From the IMG/VR virus record IMGVR_UViG_3300044683_000172, positions 1-64,000 of that record: a stretch of DNA of 64,000 bases. One strand, written 5' to 3'. The notes under the pieces are model-generated. The model was not told where the DNA came from. It searched no databases and saw only the letters and a program-made list of their open reading frames with translations. Each line of letters begins with the position of its first letter. Positions within the stretch are counted from its first letter, which is position 1. The position numbers were made by a program, and so were the translations under genes. Below are positions 1 through 9,263 of this stretch, one piece after another. Source of the DNA: a virus.

Positions 1-215
1 TTTACCGTGATGCTGGCAGAGAAATCAAGGTTCACAATCCAGTAGAATTCAGAAAAGGGAAGATTAGGATTCGCCTTTGCTTCTTCTTTGGAGAAGTTCA
101 GCTTGATTGTGATGGGCTGAAGTTGCAGATAGATGGAAATTGGAACGCCGCGAAAAATTCGCGGCAGCACTTGTCCATCCTTGATTTCATAAAAACCGCC
201 GACTCGTGCTGTCAT
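1..215 (-). CDS. hypothetical protein, N-terminal part (runs off the window start)
   Basis: Reverse-strand ORF with ATG near 215 (MTARVGGFYEIKDGQVLPRIF...), co-directional and close to the following structural genes. Confidence 0.35.
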   Translation of the reverse strand, partial: MTARVGGFYEIKDGQVLPRIFRGVPISIYLQLQPITIKLNFSKEEAKANPNLPFSEFYWIVNLDFSASITV

Positions 216-224
216 TTTCGCCTC

Positions 225-2051
225 TTAATTTGATGCATCGCCAATCTTTGACTGACGAGTCAGCCATTGTTTGTTCCCGCCATCCCAGTAGAAATTCACT
301 TCATTTCCGCCCATGATGTCCAACGTCTTGACGTTCTTGTATCCGCTGACAGAGTCATAAATGATCGTTGAGTCCGACAAATTGACGGTGATTTTCGATC
401 CCGATTTCATCAGGGCTTGGATTGTGAAGTTGTATCCGTTTTCCAACGTCTGAATCGTGGATGCAGCAGGAACCGTAAATACGACATTGGAAGACCCGGC
501 CGTGAAGAACATGGATCCACTTCTGGTGTTGGTGGCAAGCGACCGGCTGCTGCCGTCCGTCTTGCTTGCCGGCATCGCGTCAACCCAAGCGGTGCCGCTC
601 CACCAACGTGGCTTTCCGATTGCCGTGTCAAACCACATGTATCCGACTTGCGTCGTGCCCATATTCGCGGGCGCCGTTGCACTGGCGCTGAACATCTTTT
701 GCGCGATAAACGGATATGACCTGAATGAACTAGAATCAACCACAAACTCGGCGCCTTCACCAAATGCCAACGTAATCGGACAATTCATGTTGGGTCCGAT
801 TCCGCCGCAGCCAGCGGTCGCATTGACCGTTACAGGCGTCGGCAGGTAATTGATCACCTTGAGTCGATAGCCGTTCTTCACCCCTGCCGAAGACATTTGT
901 GCGGTAGTCGGCAAGTTGATTGTGTTTGTTCCGGACCACGCGATATAAATGTCACCGTCATTGAAAGACGTGATGTTCCAAGTGGCGCCATTTGTGACGG
1001 TAACTTTACCGTTCAGATTTCCGCTGACTCGCTGTCCATACCATGCGCCTTGCGTGAACTTGAACTCATACGTATCACCTTGGTTCATGACGAACGTTTT
1101 TCCGGTCGGTTGTTGATCGGCCGGGTTCGGATAAATCGGGTCCGAAAAATTCAGCGTCAACGTGGTGGCAGGAAACGTGCGTTGCCAATTCGTAATTCGA
1201 ATGCTCGAACCGACAGGAGTGCCAGCGGAGATGATGGACGCAATCGACGGAATGTTGACTGTTTGTGATTGATTTGCATTGTACGCAAACCAGTCGCCGT
1301 TGTTGAACGATCCAAGCGTTGAAGTGGCCGAACTGTTGACCAGGAAGGCTCCGCGCTTTCCATAGTCTGCCAATTTTCCATCCGAGTATGACTTTGCGCT
1401 GGCGAGCGTTGCGGCGTCTTGGTCATCAGAGTATTCCTTATTGACGACATCCGCAAGTTGTTGCGGTTTGCCGGTGACCATTCCGTGCGTCACGTCGAAA
1501 CTTATGACGCTGGGCTTTCCGTTTGAATCGACGGAAAGATCGCCAGAACTCAAGATGCCGCCGATTGCATTCGATTTTGCAACGGGAATTGGTTGTGTGA
1601 TCGTTGCCGAGTTGTAGCGTGTGAAATTGACGACTGCGTTGCCGCCCGAGTCGGAGAATTCCTGGGTCAGAAGTCCGGTTTCTCCGAACGCCAGCGTGAT
1701 TGACGTGGACGTTTGTCCAGTCGATGTATCACGAATCGGAACGGAGCCCTTTACGGTTGTGATGGTCACAATCGGCTTTTTGGTCTCATCGCCGCTGTTT
1801 GTCAACCAGTAATATTCGGGAATCGTGCCGGAAATCGGGTCGACGTTTCCGCCCAGCAGAAGCTTGACTTCCAGAGCTTCTTGGAACGAAGTCAAAACAA
1901 TTGGCGCATTGTGGTACATCCGCGCCAAAGTTCCGTTGTTCCCGATGATGTCCTGTCCCGTGACCTGTTGGACATTCGGGTGCAGCTGCGCCCACGCCGT
2001 TGATGCAGATGCGATAACGAGCATCGCAACTAGTCTGAAAAATCTTTTCAT
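225..2051 (-). CDS. secreted Gly/Ser/Thr/Asn-rich beta-type protein (possible fibre, receptor-binding or depolymerase-like protein) with N-terminal Sec-type signal peptide
   Basis: 608-aa ORF starting 10 bp after the MuF stop. N-terminus MKRFFRLVAMLVIASASTAWAQ is a classical signal peptide. Composition is repetitive and G/S/T/N-rich. Confidence 0.55.
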   Translation of the reverse strand: MKRFFRLVAMLVIASASTAWAQLHPNVQQVTGQDIIGNNGTLARMYHNAPIVLTSFQEALEVKLLLGGNVDPISGTIPEYYWLTNSGDETKKPIVTITTVKGSVPIRDTSTGQTSTSITLAFGETGLLTQEFSDSGGNAVVNFTRYNSATITQPIPVAKSNAIGGILSSGDLSVDSNGKPSVISFDVTHGMVTGKPQQLADVVNKEYSDDQDAATLASAKSYSDGKLADYGKRGAFLVNSSATSTLGSFNNGDWFAYNANQSQTVNIPSIASIISAGTPVGSSIRITNWQRTFPATTLTLNFSDPIYPNPADQQPTGKTFVMNQGDTYEFKFTQGAWYGQRVSGNLNGKVTVTNGATWNITSFNDGDIYIAWSGTNTINLPTTAQMSSAGVKNGYRLKVINYLPTPVTVNATAGCGGIGPNMNCPITLAFGEGAEFVVDSSSFRSYPFIAQKMFSASATAPANMGTTQVGYMWFDTAIGKPRWWSGTAWVDAMPASKTDGSSRSLATNTRSGSMFFTAGSSNVVFTVPAASTIQTLENGYNFTIQALMKSGSKITVNLSDSTIIYDSVSGYKNVKTLDIMGGNEVNFYWDGGNKQWLTRQSKIGDASN

Positions 2052-2060
2052 GTCGTCCTC

Positions 2061-2942
2061 TTAAATGACTGGAATTTTCCTGCAGCGACAATTTATTGCC
2101 CATCCTGGCGGCCCCAAATCGCCTTTCTTCAGATCGAATTCACCCCCGATTTGCCAAAGACGAGGGTCATTCAATTTGAATATGTGCCCATCCATTTTCT
2201 GGTGAGAATGGCGCGGTTCTTTTCCCGCCGATGAATGGGCCCATTCGAATTCTTCGACGCCATTTTCGGCCATTCGTTCGTCGCTCAAAGACGAATAAAG
2301 CTTACTTGTTTGGTCGCGCGCAATCAGTTTTACTTTATTCTTAGAGAAAGAGCCGATTTCCTTCAGTGCATTTTCTATCCCTGATTGGCCTTGTTCTTCA
2401 GGATTGGGCGACGTAAGAGAAAGCATCACCGCATTGAATACTTTTTCGTGAGTTTCTTTTTGTATGTTTGTGATGAGCGTGTGGTTGAACTCTTGCGCGG
2501 CTTGCAGCGTATTTGCGACATTCGAAGTATAGGCTGCGCGCGGCTGGTCGATTCCAGCCGTCTTCAGGCTCATCAGCGTCGCTGTTGTTGCGCCTTCATC
2601 GACTTTCTTGATGAATTCTGCAGCAGTCTTTTCTGCGAATGCATTGAAGATTCTTGCCCATCGCTTTTCCAATTTGGAAAGCGATGACGTGAGCTTATTT
2701 GTGGCTGCGGCATCTGTCGCAAAGAACTTGGCCACCGGACCAGACTTCAACGCTTCCTTGATTTGCGCGCGGTACTCTTCGATCATCAACTTGCAGATCG
2801 AATTGATTTCGCCCGCATACCATTCACGAATGGCAGCACTGGGGTTGATGGGGCGGCCGCGACCAACTGGTCGTTGATCGCGTCGTTTCCGCGATTTGGA
2901 TGCTGAGAAGGCCATCAAAGTTCTTTGCCAGTCAAGACCCAA
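2061..2942 (-). CDS. phage head morphogenesis protein, Mu F / SPP1 gp7 family
   Basis: C-terminal GPPGWAINCRCRKIPVI matches the MuF-family terminal motif. Lies downstream of the portal. Confidence 0.8.
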   Translation of the reverse strand: MGLDWQRTLMAFSASKSRKRRDQRPVGRGRPINPSAAIREWYAGEINSICKLMIEEYRAQIKEALKSGPVAKFFATDAAATNKLTSSLSKLEKRWARIFNAFAEKTAAEFIKKVDEGATTATLMSLKTAGIDQPRAAYTSNVANTLQAAQEFNHTLITNIQKETHEKVFNAVMLSLTSPNPEEQGQSGIENALKEIGSFSKNKVKLIARDQTSKLYSSLSDERMAENGVEEFEWAHSSAGKEPRHSHQKMDGHIFKLNDPRLWQIGGEFDLKKGDLGPPGWAINCRCRKIPVI

Positions 2943-3316
2943 CGCTTATTCTTCGGACCTTGTCCGGCTTCTTGATAGTTGACGGCTTCATATCGCTTGC
3001 CGTTCTTGTGAAACTCGCCAGTACTTCCGTTGCTATTTTTGATCGACAGGCCGCTGATCTTTTTGGTGCCGGCGATCTTTTCTGTTGCGGCTTCCAACTC
3101 TTTCGTTTTCGCTGCGCCCGGGCGCTGTGGAGTTCCAGAGGCGCTGAATTTGCCGGCCTGGTTCGGCTTTCCGTTGCCTTTCCTGGCACCGCTGGTATTT
3201 GCACCGCCGGAACCGAATTGTCCATTCGGTGCGCGCTTATGCTCGGACTCATTCCATTCGTCCATGGCCGAGTTTGCGGCCTTGAGTTTTGCGAGAATTT
3301 GCTTTGTGGTTACCAT
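2915..3316 (-). CDS. hypothetical basic, low-complexity protein (possible internal or packaged protein)
   Basis: 133-aa ORF rich in G/K/N/S, between portal and MuF. 28-nt overlap with MuF start. Confidence 0.45.
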   Translation of the reverse strand: MVTTKQILAKLKAANSAMDEWNESEHKRAPNGQFGSGGANTSGARKGNGKPNQAGKFSASGTPQRPGAAKTKELEAATEKIAGTKKISGLSIKNSNGSTGEFHKNGKRYEAVNYQEAGQGPKNKRWVLTGKEL

Positions 3317-3324
3317 GATTGAAA

Positions 3325-3762
3325 TTACGCCCCGATGATTGTGAAGTCACAAGTGTCGCCACTCGTCCCGCTGCTCATGCCGTAAAGATCATTCAGCGGA
3401 CCAAATGGAAGCGTTAGTGATTCCCCGGCAGAGATGCTGAAATCCACTGCCCCAACAGGCTTATTGAATGACAAATACAGCGTGTGATTTTGACTGTCAA
3501 CATTCTTGATCGTCAACGAGTTCTTGTAGGTTCCTCCTGCCGCAACAAGATCACGGCCACTCGTGCCGACCTTCATCGGCTCATTGATCACGATCCCGTT
3601 GTTGCTGATGCCGGTCTGAGGGTTTCCAGGAGCGGCGCCCGACTCGGGTGCACCAAGCGATACCGGCTTGCCCGTCTTCGGGTCGAGAACGAATGTTCCT
3701 ATGGCGGCATATTCGCCGCCACCGCCCTTGATAGGGGTTGGGTCGCCAGGCTTAAAGTACAT
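3325..3762 (-). CDS. hypothetical structural-module protein
   Basis: 145-aa ORF tightly packed directly downstream of the portal gene. Confidence 0.45.
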   Translation of the reverse strand: MYFKPGDPTPIKGGGGEYAAIGTFVLDPKTGKPVSLGAPESGAAPGNPQTGISNNGIVINEPMKVGTSGRDLVAAGGTYKNSLTIKNVDSQNHTLYLSFNKPVGAVDFSISAGESLTLPFGPLNDLYGMSSGTSGDTCDFTIIGA

Positions 3763-3765
3763 GTC

Positions 3766-6300
3766 TTATCCTTGATTATTGGATTCACCGTCCGCCATGT
3801 GCGGATTAACATCAGATTCTCGCCAGAATTCGTTTGTGTATGGGCCGCAGTGAGCTTTCTTTGAGTTCAACCAAGCCTTGAAGTCGTCCATCGACAACTC
3901 ATGAATGGAATCAAATCCGTCCCAACCTTCCGAGTAGGATTGGTCATATGCTTCTTTTGCTTCTTCGCGGCTGTCGAACCCGAGCATGCACTTGTGCTCG
4001 TCAAACTCGCCGTCTTTGCTGTTTTGATTGACGATGAACGCCTTTTGGGACTTCATGTTGGGTCCGACAAAGCAATCCATCTCATCGCCATCGGCGCCTT
4101 CGAATCCCTTGATGAAGCCATAGTGGTGCGGCATATTCACGCTCCACTCATCACCGTCCAGGGTGACGCCGCGACGAGTTGTCCCGCGCGGATTTTCGAT
4201 TGCCAGCGTCATGCCGTGAAGCTTGATCTTTGGAAGCTTCCAAGGCGCTTGCTCGGTCGCCACGGACAACGGCCCATGCGTCGATGCTCGGACGGACGAT
4301 GCGACGCCCGGCTTAACCGCGCGGTCTCGGCCGGGGACTTCGCCCGCTCGAATGTCCACACCTTCCGGACGAATCTCATCACTCAGACGCTCAATAACGT
4401 CCGTCATCCGACCCAGGATGTCCATGATTGCAGGCGATACGCCAGCAGCGGCCGGATCAAGCATCGTAGTTTGTTCTTGTTGTGCGCGCTTTTGTGCGGG
4501 CTCTTGGACTTCCGGAACGGCCGCGACCTTTGGAGGGACCTCGGTGGCCTCTGCGCTTTCGTTTGCGCCCATTCCAATCTTGCTGCCCTTGTTGACTTCT
4601 TCCTGGCGCGCACCTGCCGTCACGAGGGATGCCTTCGACTTCTCCTGTTGCGCGCCGGCCTTCTCCAACTCTGCCAGAACATCCGGCGACATGCCCGGCT
4701 CCGAATTCCCATCGTCGTTGCCCAGTCGGTTGTATCCGCTGTACTTGTCGTCCCGAATTCGATTGCGCTCCTCGTCCGGAGACAGCGCGCCGGATTCGAC
4801 CAAGGCAACGCCGGTTTGAGCCTTCGTCAAGTTCAGCTCAGCGCGTTGCTTGGCCGTCATCGAGTCAACAGGCTCCCAAACGTGCTGGATTTTCACCGTC
4901 AGCCCAAGCGACTTCTCCAGCAGCATGTAGTGCCGATCAAGGAGCGGCGACATGTCGTGCTTTTGAATCGATTCAAGTTCTTCGTGATAGTTGATCGTCT
5001 CAAACTCACCAGTAGAATTGAATCCCTTCGGGGACGTTCCCAGAAGCTTCGTTGCAGGAACCTTGCCAATCGCGGATACCAGCTGATACTGGTTCATGAT
5101 GACGGCGTCGAAGTCGGCCAGAGACGTGTCGAATTGCTCCATCGTCTCTTCTTTTCCCAAGACCTTCACTGCGTGATTGTCTCGGTACTTGACCCAGAAC
5201 TTGAGCTTGGCAATGAACTTGTCTTCGTTCAGAATTGCCTTTTCGGTATCGACGTGGATTGCCGTCGTTCGTTTGTTCGTAGCAAGCAGCGGCGCCTCAT
5301 TTGCCGTACGTTCGGCGGCATAGACGCGCTCATAGATGCGCTGGGTCAGCGGGATGCCGCCGAAAATGTACGTCGGCTTCAGAATGTCTGCCGGTTCCGG
5401 ACCGCGAACGATGATGAGGTGGCTTCGGTGATATTTCTTCCCGCTGATGATCCAGTATTCCGGTTCATAGAAGTGGATGGAGGAAGGATCGGCCGTTGCT
5501 TCAGCCGTCAGCATCGGCATCATCCAATACGGATCAACCTGTGAAATGCCCTTGTAGGAGCCCTTAGTAACGCCATCGATGTTGAATGGCTTCTCGTAAT
5601 AACGTTCATCGTCACTTTCCACCTCAAAGATGGCGACGCGGATGCCGAAGATGTTCTTGAATCGAACCAACTGTTTCAGGTTTTCCACCAACCTGAACTT
5701 GAGATCATAGCGCTCCAGCTCATCACGGGTTGCATCGTCCAACTCTTCATCTTCGCTGACCGCCTTGAGTGTCCAGCCGTTCCTCACGGCATCTTCCCCG
5801 GGCATAGAGCACGCCTTGTCCACAAGCCAATGCTGTGCGATAAGAGCGCACGCCTGATATCCGATGAACGACTGGGAAAGATACCAGTTCATCAGCTGCT
5901 CAGGGACTGCATACGGAGTTTGCATTGTTCCGGCCATGCTGGGATCGCACGTGCCGCAGGAATCATCCATTGCGTAAGTCTTCGCAATGGGCACGGCAGA
6001 GTCCATGACCAGGGAAGTGCCTGAGATCGTCTCCACTTTTGAATGGCTCTCATCTTCCAACTCGGCCATGGGGAATGAATCGACCCCTCGCAGAGTGAGG
6101 ATTCGCTCGCCGTCGGTTACGGTCCAACCTTCTTGGCGCCTGACGCGCTCCATCGGGTCCAACGGATCGGTGATCGGGACAAATTCCTGTTTGGCCTCGG
6201 GCGCGCGAGCCTTTCTTTTGCGACCAAACAGTCCGGTGATCTTATTGAGCATGGTGGATTCCGATGGGTGTACGCGCTCAGCCCGTAAGTTCACAGGCAT
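3766..6300 (-). CDS. portal protein with C-terminal inorganic-pyrophosphatase-like domain
   Basis: 844-aa ORF. The first ~530 aa sit in the usual portal position (after terminase, before MuF) and have portal-like size and composition. An acidic/Ala-rich linker follows. The last ~160 aa carry YGFI...DGDEMD...DGEFDEHK, which resembles the family I PPase signature (YGxI, DGDxxD, D..DxK). Confidence 0.7.
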   Translation of the reverse strand: MPVNLRAERVHPSESTMLNKITGLFGRKRKARAPEAKQEFVPITDPLDPMERVRRQEGWTVTDGERILTLRGVDSFPMAELEDESHSKVETISGTSLVMDSAVPIAKTYAMDDSCGTCDPSMAGTMQTPYAVPEQLMNWYLSQSFIGYQACALIAQHWLVDKACSMPGEDAVRNGWTLKAVSEDEELDDATRDELERYDLKFRLVENLKQLVRFKNIFGIRVAIFEVESDDERYYEKPFNIDGVTKGSYKGISQVDPYWMMPMLTAEATADPSSIHFYEPEYWIISGKKYHRSHLIIVRGPEPADILKPTYIFGGIPLTQRIYERVYAAERTANEAPLLATNKRTTAIHVDTEKAILNEDKFIAKLKFWVKYRDNHAVKVLGKEETMEQFDTSLADFDAVIMNQYQLVSAIGKVPATKLLGTSPKGFNSTGEFETINYHEELESIQKHDMSPLLDRHYMLLEKSLGLTVKIQHVWEPVDSMTAKQRAELNLTKAQTGVALVESGALSPDEERNRIRDDKYSGYNRLGNDDGNSEPGMSPDVLAELEKAGAQQEKSKASLVTAGARQEEVNKGSKIGMGANESAEATEVPPKVAAVPEVQEPAQKRAQQEQTTMLDPAAAGVSPAIMDILGRMTDVIERLSDEIRPEGVDIRAGEVPGRDRAVKPGVASSVRASTHGPLSVATEQAPWKLPKIKLHGMTLAIENPRGTTRRGVTLDGDEWSVNMPHHYGFIKGFEGADGDEMDCFVGPNMKSQKAFIVNQNSKDGEFDEHKCMLGFDSREEAKEAYDQSYSEGWDGFDSIHELSMDDFKAWLNSKKAHCGPYTNEFWRESDVNPHMADGESNNQG

Positions 6301-6408
6301 CGCCCGTGAATGGTAGCGATTAATGTCAGTCAGAGATAGTGTTGACTTGCCTGTGCATCAGAAATGGTATAATCTTGTATCACATCAATCAGCTGCCTGG
6401 AGCTAACC

Positions 6409-7242
6409 ATGGATTTCGATGACCTGGAAGACGATATCAACGCAGTGAGGACCAAACAAGTCGCACCCAAGGCGACTTATCGTGATGTGTGCCTGCGTTG
6501 TGGTGGAACCGGACGCTATAACGGCTCGTCATCGCTCGGATATCAATGCTTCCTATGCAAAGGGAAAGGATATCGAGAATACAAACAGTCGCCGGAACAG
6601 AGGGCGCGCGCAAAGACAAATGCCGCCAATCGCAAGGCTAAGAAGCAAGCGCAGAATCTTGAGTTGTTCGAAGCGGCCAACCCGGACTTCAAGGCTTGGT
6701 GGACCAATTCCACGTTCGATTTCGCGATCAGCCTTCGTGAATATGTCATCAAACACGGCGATTTGTCTGACGCACAACGAGCATCTGCACTTCGCTGCAT
6801 CGAGAAGAACAAGGCTTATCGCGCAGCGAAGATGGCAGCAGCAGAGCAAGCCCAGGAAGTGGATTTGAGCGGTGTTCAGGCTGTCTTCGAGCGCGCCCGC
6901 AAGAATGGCTATCACAGCCCAAGGATTTCGATCCTGGTGGGCGAGGATGGGCGATTGGTGCTTTCTCGCGCGCCTGATCACGGAGCCAACGCCGGATCGA
7001 TCTATTTGAAGGTCGGCGACTCATACATGGGCAAGGTTACAGGCGGCAAGTTCTATCGTTCGCGCGATTGCAGCAATGACGAAGAGTCCGACATTGTCGC
7101 GGCACTGCGCGATCCACTCGGCGCCGCCATAAAGTTCGGTCAACGCACCGGCATTTGCTCCTGCTGCAGCCGCAAGCTCACCAACGGTGAATCAATCGAA
7201 CTCGGGATTGGCCCGATCTGCCGAGAAAAGTTCTTTGGATAA
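6409..7242 (+). CDS. zinc-ribbon protein (CxxC..CxxC at N-terminus, CSCC..GPIC at C-terminus), function unknown
   Basis: 277-aa ORF on the opposite strand to the flanking packaging genes. Cys clusters CLRCGG...CFLCKG and GICSCCSRK...GIGPIC. Confidence 0.55.
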   Translation: MDFDDLEDDINAVRTKQVAPKATYRDVCLRCGGTGRYNGSSSLGYQCFLCKGKGYREYKQSPEQRARAKTNAANRKAKKQAQNLELFEAANPDFKAWWTNSTFDFAISLREYVIKHGDLSDAQRASALRCIEKNKAYRAAKMAAAEQAQEVDLSGVQAVFERARKNGYHSPRISILVGEDGRLVLSRAPDHGANAGSIYLKVGDSYMGKVTGGKFYRSRDCSNDEESDIVAALRDPLGAAIKFGQRTGICSCCSRKLTNGESIELGIGPICREKFFG

Positions 7243-7251
7243 GGAGATGAT

Positions 7252-7536
7252 ATGACTCGTTTGCATATGACTAGGTCGGATGCCGTTGAACTTCTGACGA
7301 ATGCCGCGCCAAACGACGCCTTCCAGATCGCGATCAAGAATTTGACGCAGGATGCGCTTGGATATGATTTGGATGGCCAAGGCCGTTCTTTCGTCCTTCT
7401 TCACGTCTCGCGGAATCAAGCGATCCGTGTCGCAAATAACTACATCACGGAAGGGCAGGAAGCGGCCGGTGCGCGCGTTCCGGTTTTCATGAAGCGCGGC
7501 CAGAACGGAAAGTGTACTTATTGCGTTGGATTCTGA
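7252..7536 (+). CDS. hypothetical protein
   Basis: 94-aa ORF 10 bp after the previous stop, same operon. Confidence 0.45.
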   Translation: MTRLHMTRSDAVELLTNAAPNDAFQIAIKNLTQDALGYDLDGQGRSFVLLHVSRNQAIRVANNYITEGQEAAGARVPVFMKRGQNGKCTYCVGF

Positions 7537-7572
7537 CGTATAATTCTGGAACAATCAGAAAGGAATAGAAAG

Positions 7573-8337
7573 ATGGAAGACTTGGAAAAGATCAAGGATC
7601 GCATTTCAAAGCTTCTGGCGATGGCCGATGACGCATCCAGCCCGGAAGAAGCCGCGATTGCTGCAGAGCGCGCTCGCAAGTTGATGGACAAATATCAACT
7701 GGAGCGATTCGATGTGGAAGGGCGCGTCAGCGAAGAGTTTGCATCGATGGCAGCCAGCCGCGCATTCGCGGCGGTTCCTCAATACATGGCCTTCTTGGCA
7801 ACATCCGTCGCCCGATACAACGACTGCCAGGCATTCTTTTCGTTCGATGAAGTCACATTCAAGAAAAAGAATGCGGCCTTCAAAAAGTTCGGCAAAGTCA
7901 TCTCGTTTCGCGGCTACAAGTCCGATGTTGAACTGGCTCATCAAATGTTCACAAAATTGATGAGCGTCGTTGACGGACTTTGCAAGGTATATCTCAAGGA
8001 CAAGGGCTACACCAAATATCCGGTGCGTATCGGCGGCCAGTTCAAGCTTGGCGCAATCATGGTCATCGGAAACCGAATCAACGAGATGGTGAAGGAGCGA
8101 GATGCCATCACATCCTCGTCGGGCAATGCGCTTGTCGTGATCAAGAAAACGGCGGTGGATGAACACTTCGGAAAATGTGAACCGAAGTACGTTAGCGTCA
8201 AACGTGCCGACCGAGACGAAGCAGAGGCCGACGCCCGACGCGCTGGCTACGTGGAGGGCTCCAAGGTCGAAATCGTTGGCTCGTTGGAGTCGGAAGAAGA
8301 GGGCGAGAGTCCGTCTTCGCTTCGACTTTCGGCTTAA
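7573..8337 (+). CDS. DUF2786-like N-terminal domain protein
   Basis: N-terminus KIKDRISKLLAMADDASSPEEAAIAAERARKLMDKYQL matches the DUF2786 pattern common in phage and plasmid proteins. Good RBS (agaaaggaatagaaagATG). Confidence 0.55.
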   Translation: MEDLEKIKDRISKLLAMADDASSPEEAAIAAERARKLMDKYQLERFDVEGRVSEEFASMAASRAFAAVPQYMAFLATSVARYNDCQAFFSFDEVTFKKKNAAFKKFGKVISFRGYKSDVELAHQMFTKLMSVVDGLCKVYLKDKGYTKYPVRIGGQFKLGAIMVIGNRINEMVKERDAITSSSGNALVVIKKTAVDEHFGKCEPKYVSVKRADRDEAEADARRAGYVEGSKVEIVGSLESEEEGESPSSLRLSA

Positions 8338-8514
8338 AACGTGTACGTTCGGGAGCCGAAATTGCTCGGAATTATCAGAAAGGACTGGAGGCGGATTAAT
8401 AGCCTACTTTACTTCCACGAAAAGGTCGCTTGTGCCGTCTTCTTGGCGTTGATCTTCGGAGCGCCATTTGCGGTGAACATGTTCACCCGATAGACTTTCT
8501 GACGGGAGTCTGTC

Positions 8515-8778
8515 ATGAGAACATTCAATTTGTCTGCCGCAAAGCGCGGTGCGAAATTGACGACTCGCAGCGGAAAATCTGCTCGTTTCGTCGGTCACAC
8601 AGCGTGCGCTCCGTCATTCGCCAGGGTTCGAGTCTATGTGGATGGTCGTCCAATCATGGTCAACGAACATGGTCGATTCAGCAATGAGCCGTCGCCGTTT
8701 GACGTCTTCCTTCAAGGCGATCCGGCGCCTTGTGTCACCGATGTGGTGATGGCCGGATGCATTGCCGCGCAGGAGTAG
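8515..8778 (+). CDS. hypothetical protein
   Basis: 87-aa ORF with RBS-like ggagtctgtcATG. Confidence 0.4.
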   Translation: MRTFNLSAAKRGAKLTTRSGKSARFVGHTACAPSFARVRVYVDGRPIMVNEHGRFSNEPSPFDVFLQGDPAPCVTDVVMAGCIAAQE

Positions 8779-8780
8779 TG

Positions 8781-8969
8781 ATGTTGTACCAACGCTACAA
8801 CGCATATACGCGTGATGGCAAGTTCCTCGGAGACTGCTTCGGTTATTCCGATGAAGGCGCCATCAAAATCGCTTCTGTCTTCTACGGCCACAATGAAATG
8901 GAAGTCGGAGTGGTTCCGCAGCACCTGGATAAGAGCGATGCAAGTGTGCGTTTGACGCTATTGCAGTAA
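8781..8969 (+). CDS. hypothetical protein
   Basis: In-frame ATG at 8781 immediately after the previous stop. Confidence 0.35.
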   Translation: MLYQRYNAYTRDGKFLGDCFGYSDEGAIKIASVFYGHNEMEVGVVPQHLDKSDASVRLTLLQ

Positions 8970-9023
8970 AGAAGTTCCGCAGGGCGTCTTCGGATGCCCT
9001 GAACCACCAGAAAGGATAGAACT

Positions 9024-9263
9024 ATGACCCAGAAGCGATATGGCTGCCATAATCGGCCGCAATTGAAGACGTCCATGTTTGCGCAGGTCGGCTATCGCCA
9101 TGAGAAGCACATCTTGGATAACGGATGTGCGCGAACGGTCATGGTGCCGGTGTTCCGTCAGATCAGAACCAACTGGAAAGACGGCTGCAACTATGACCAA
9201 AAGGCAATCGATCCGCGTTGCCTTAACTGCCACCACCAGGAGAAAGACCATGCACATTCGTGA
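9024..9263 (+). CDS. Cys/His-rich small protein (possible zinc binding)
   Basis: 79 aa with CHN...C..C..CLNCHHQEKDH. RBS agaaaggatagaactATG. Confidence 0.4.
   Translation: MTQKRYGCHNRPQLKTSMFAQVGYRHEKHILDNGCARTVMVPVFRQIRTNWKDGCNYDQKAIDPRCLNCHHQEKDHAHS

Noticed and set aside
3901-5544. Long antisense or alternative-frame ORFs in the track (3901-5544 + inside portal, 36599-37393 - inside dnaE, 59836-61962 + inside sheath, 27088-27753 -, 29165-29998 -, 43872-44858 -, 42427-43743 -)
   Set aside because: Shadow ORFs typical of GC-rich coding DNA. They overlap genes with strong motif support, have Arg/Ala/Pro-rich low-complexity translations, and lack RBS and operon context.
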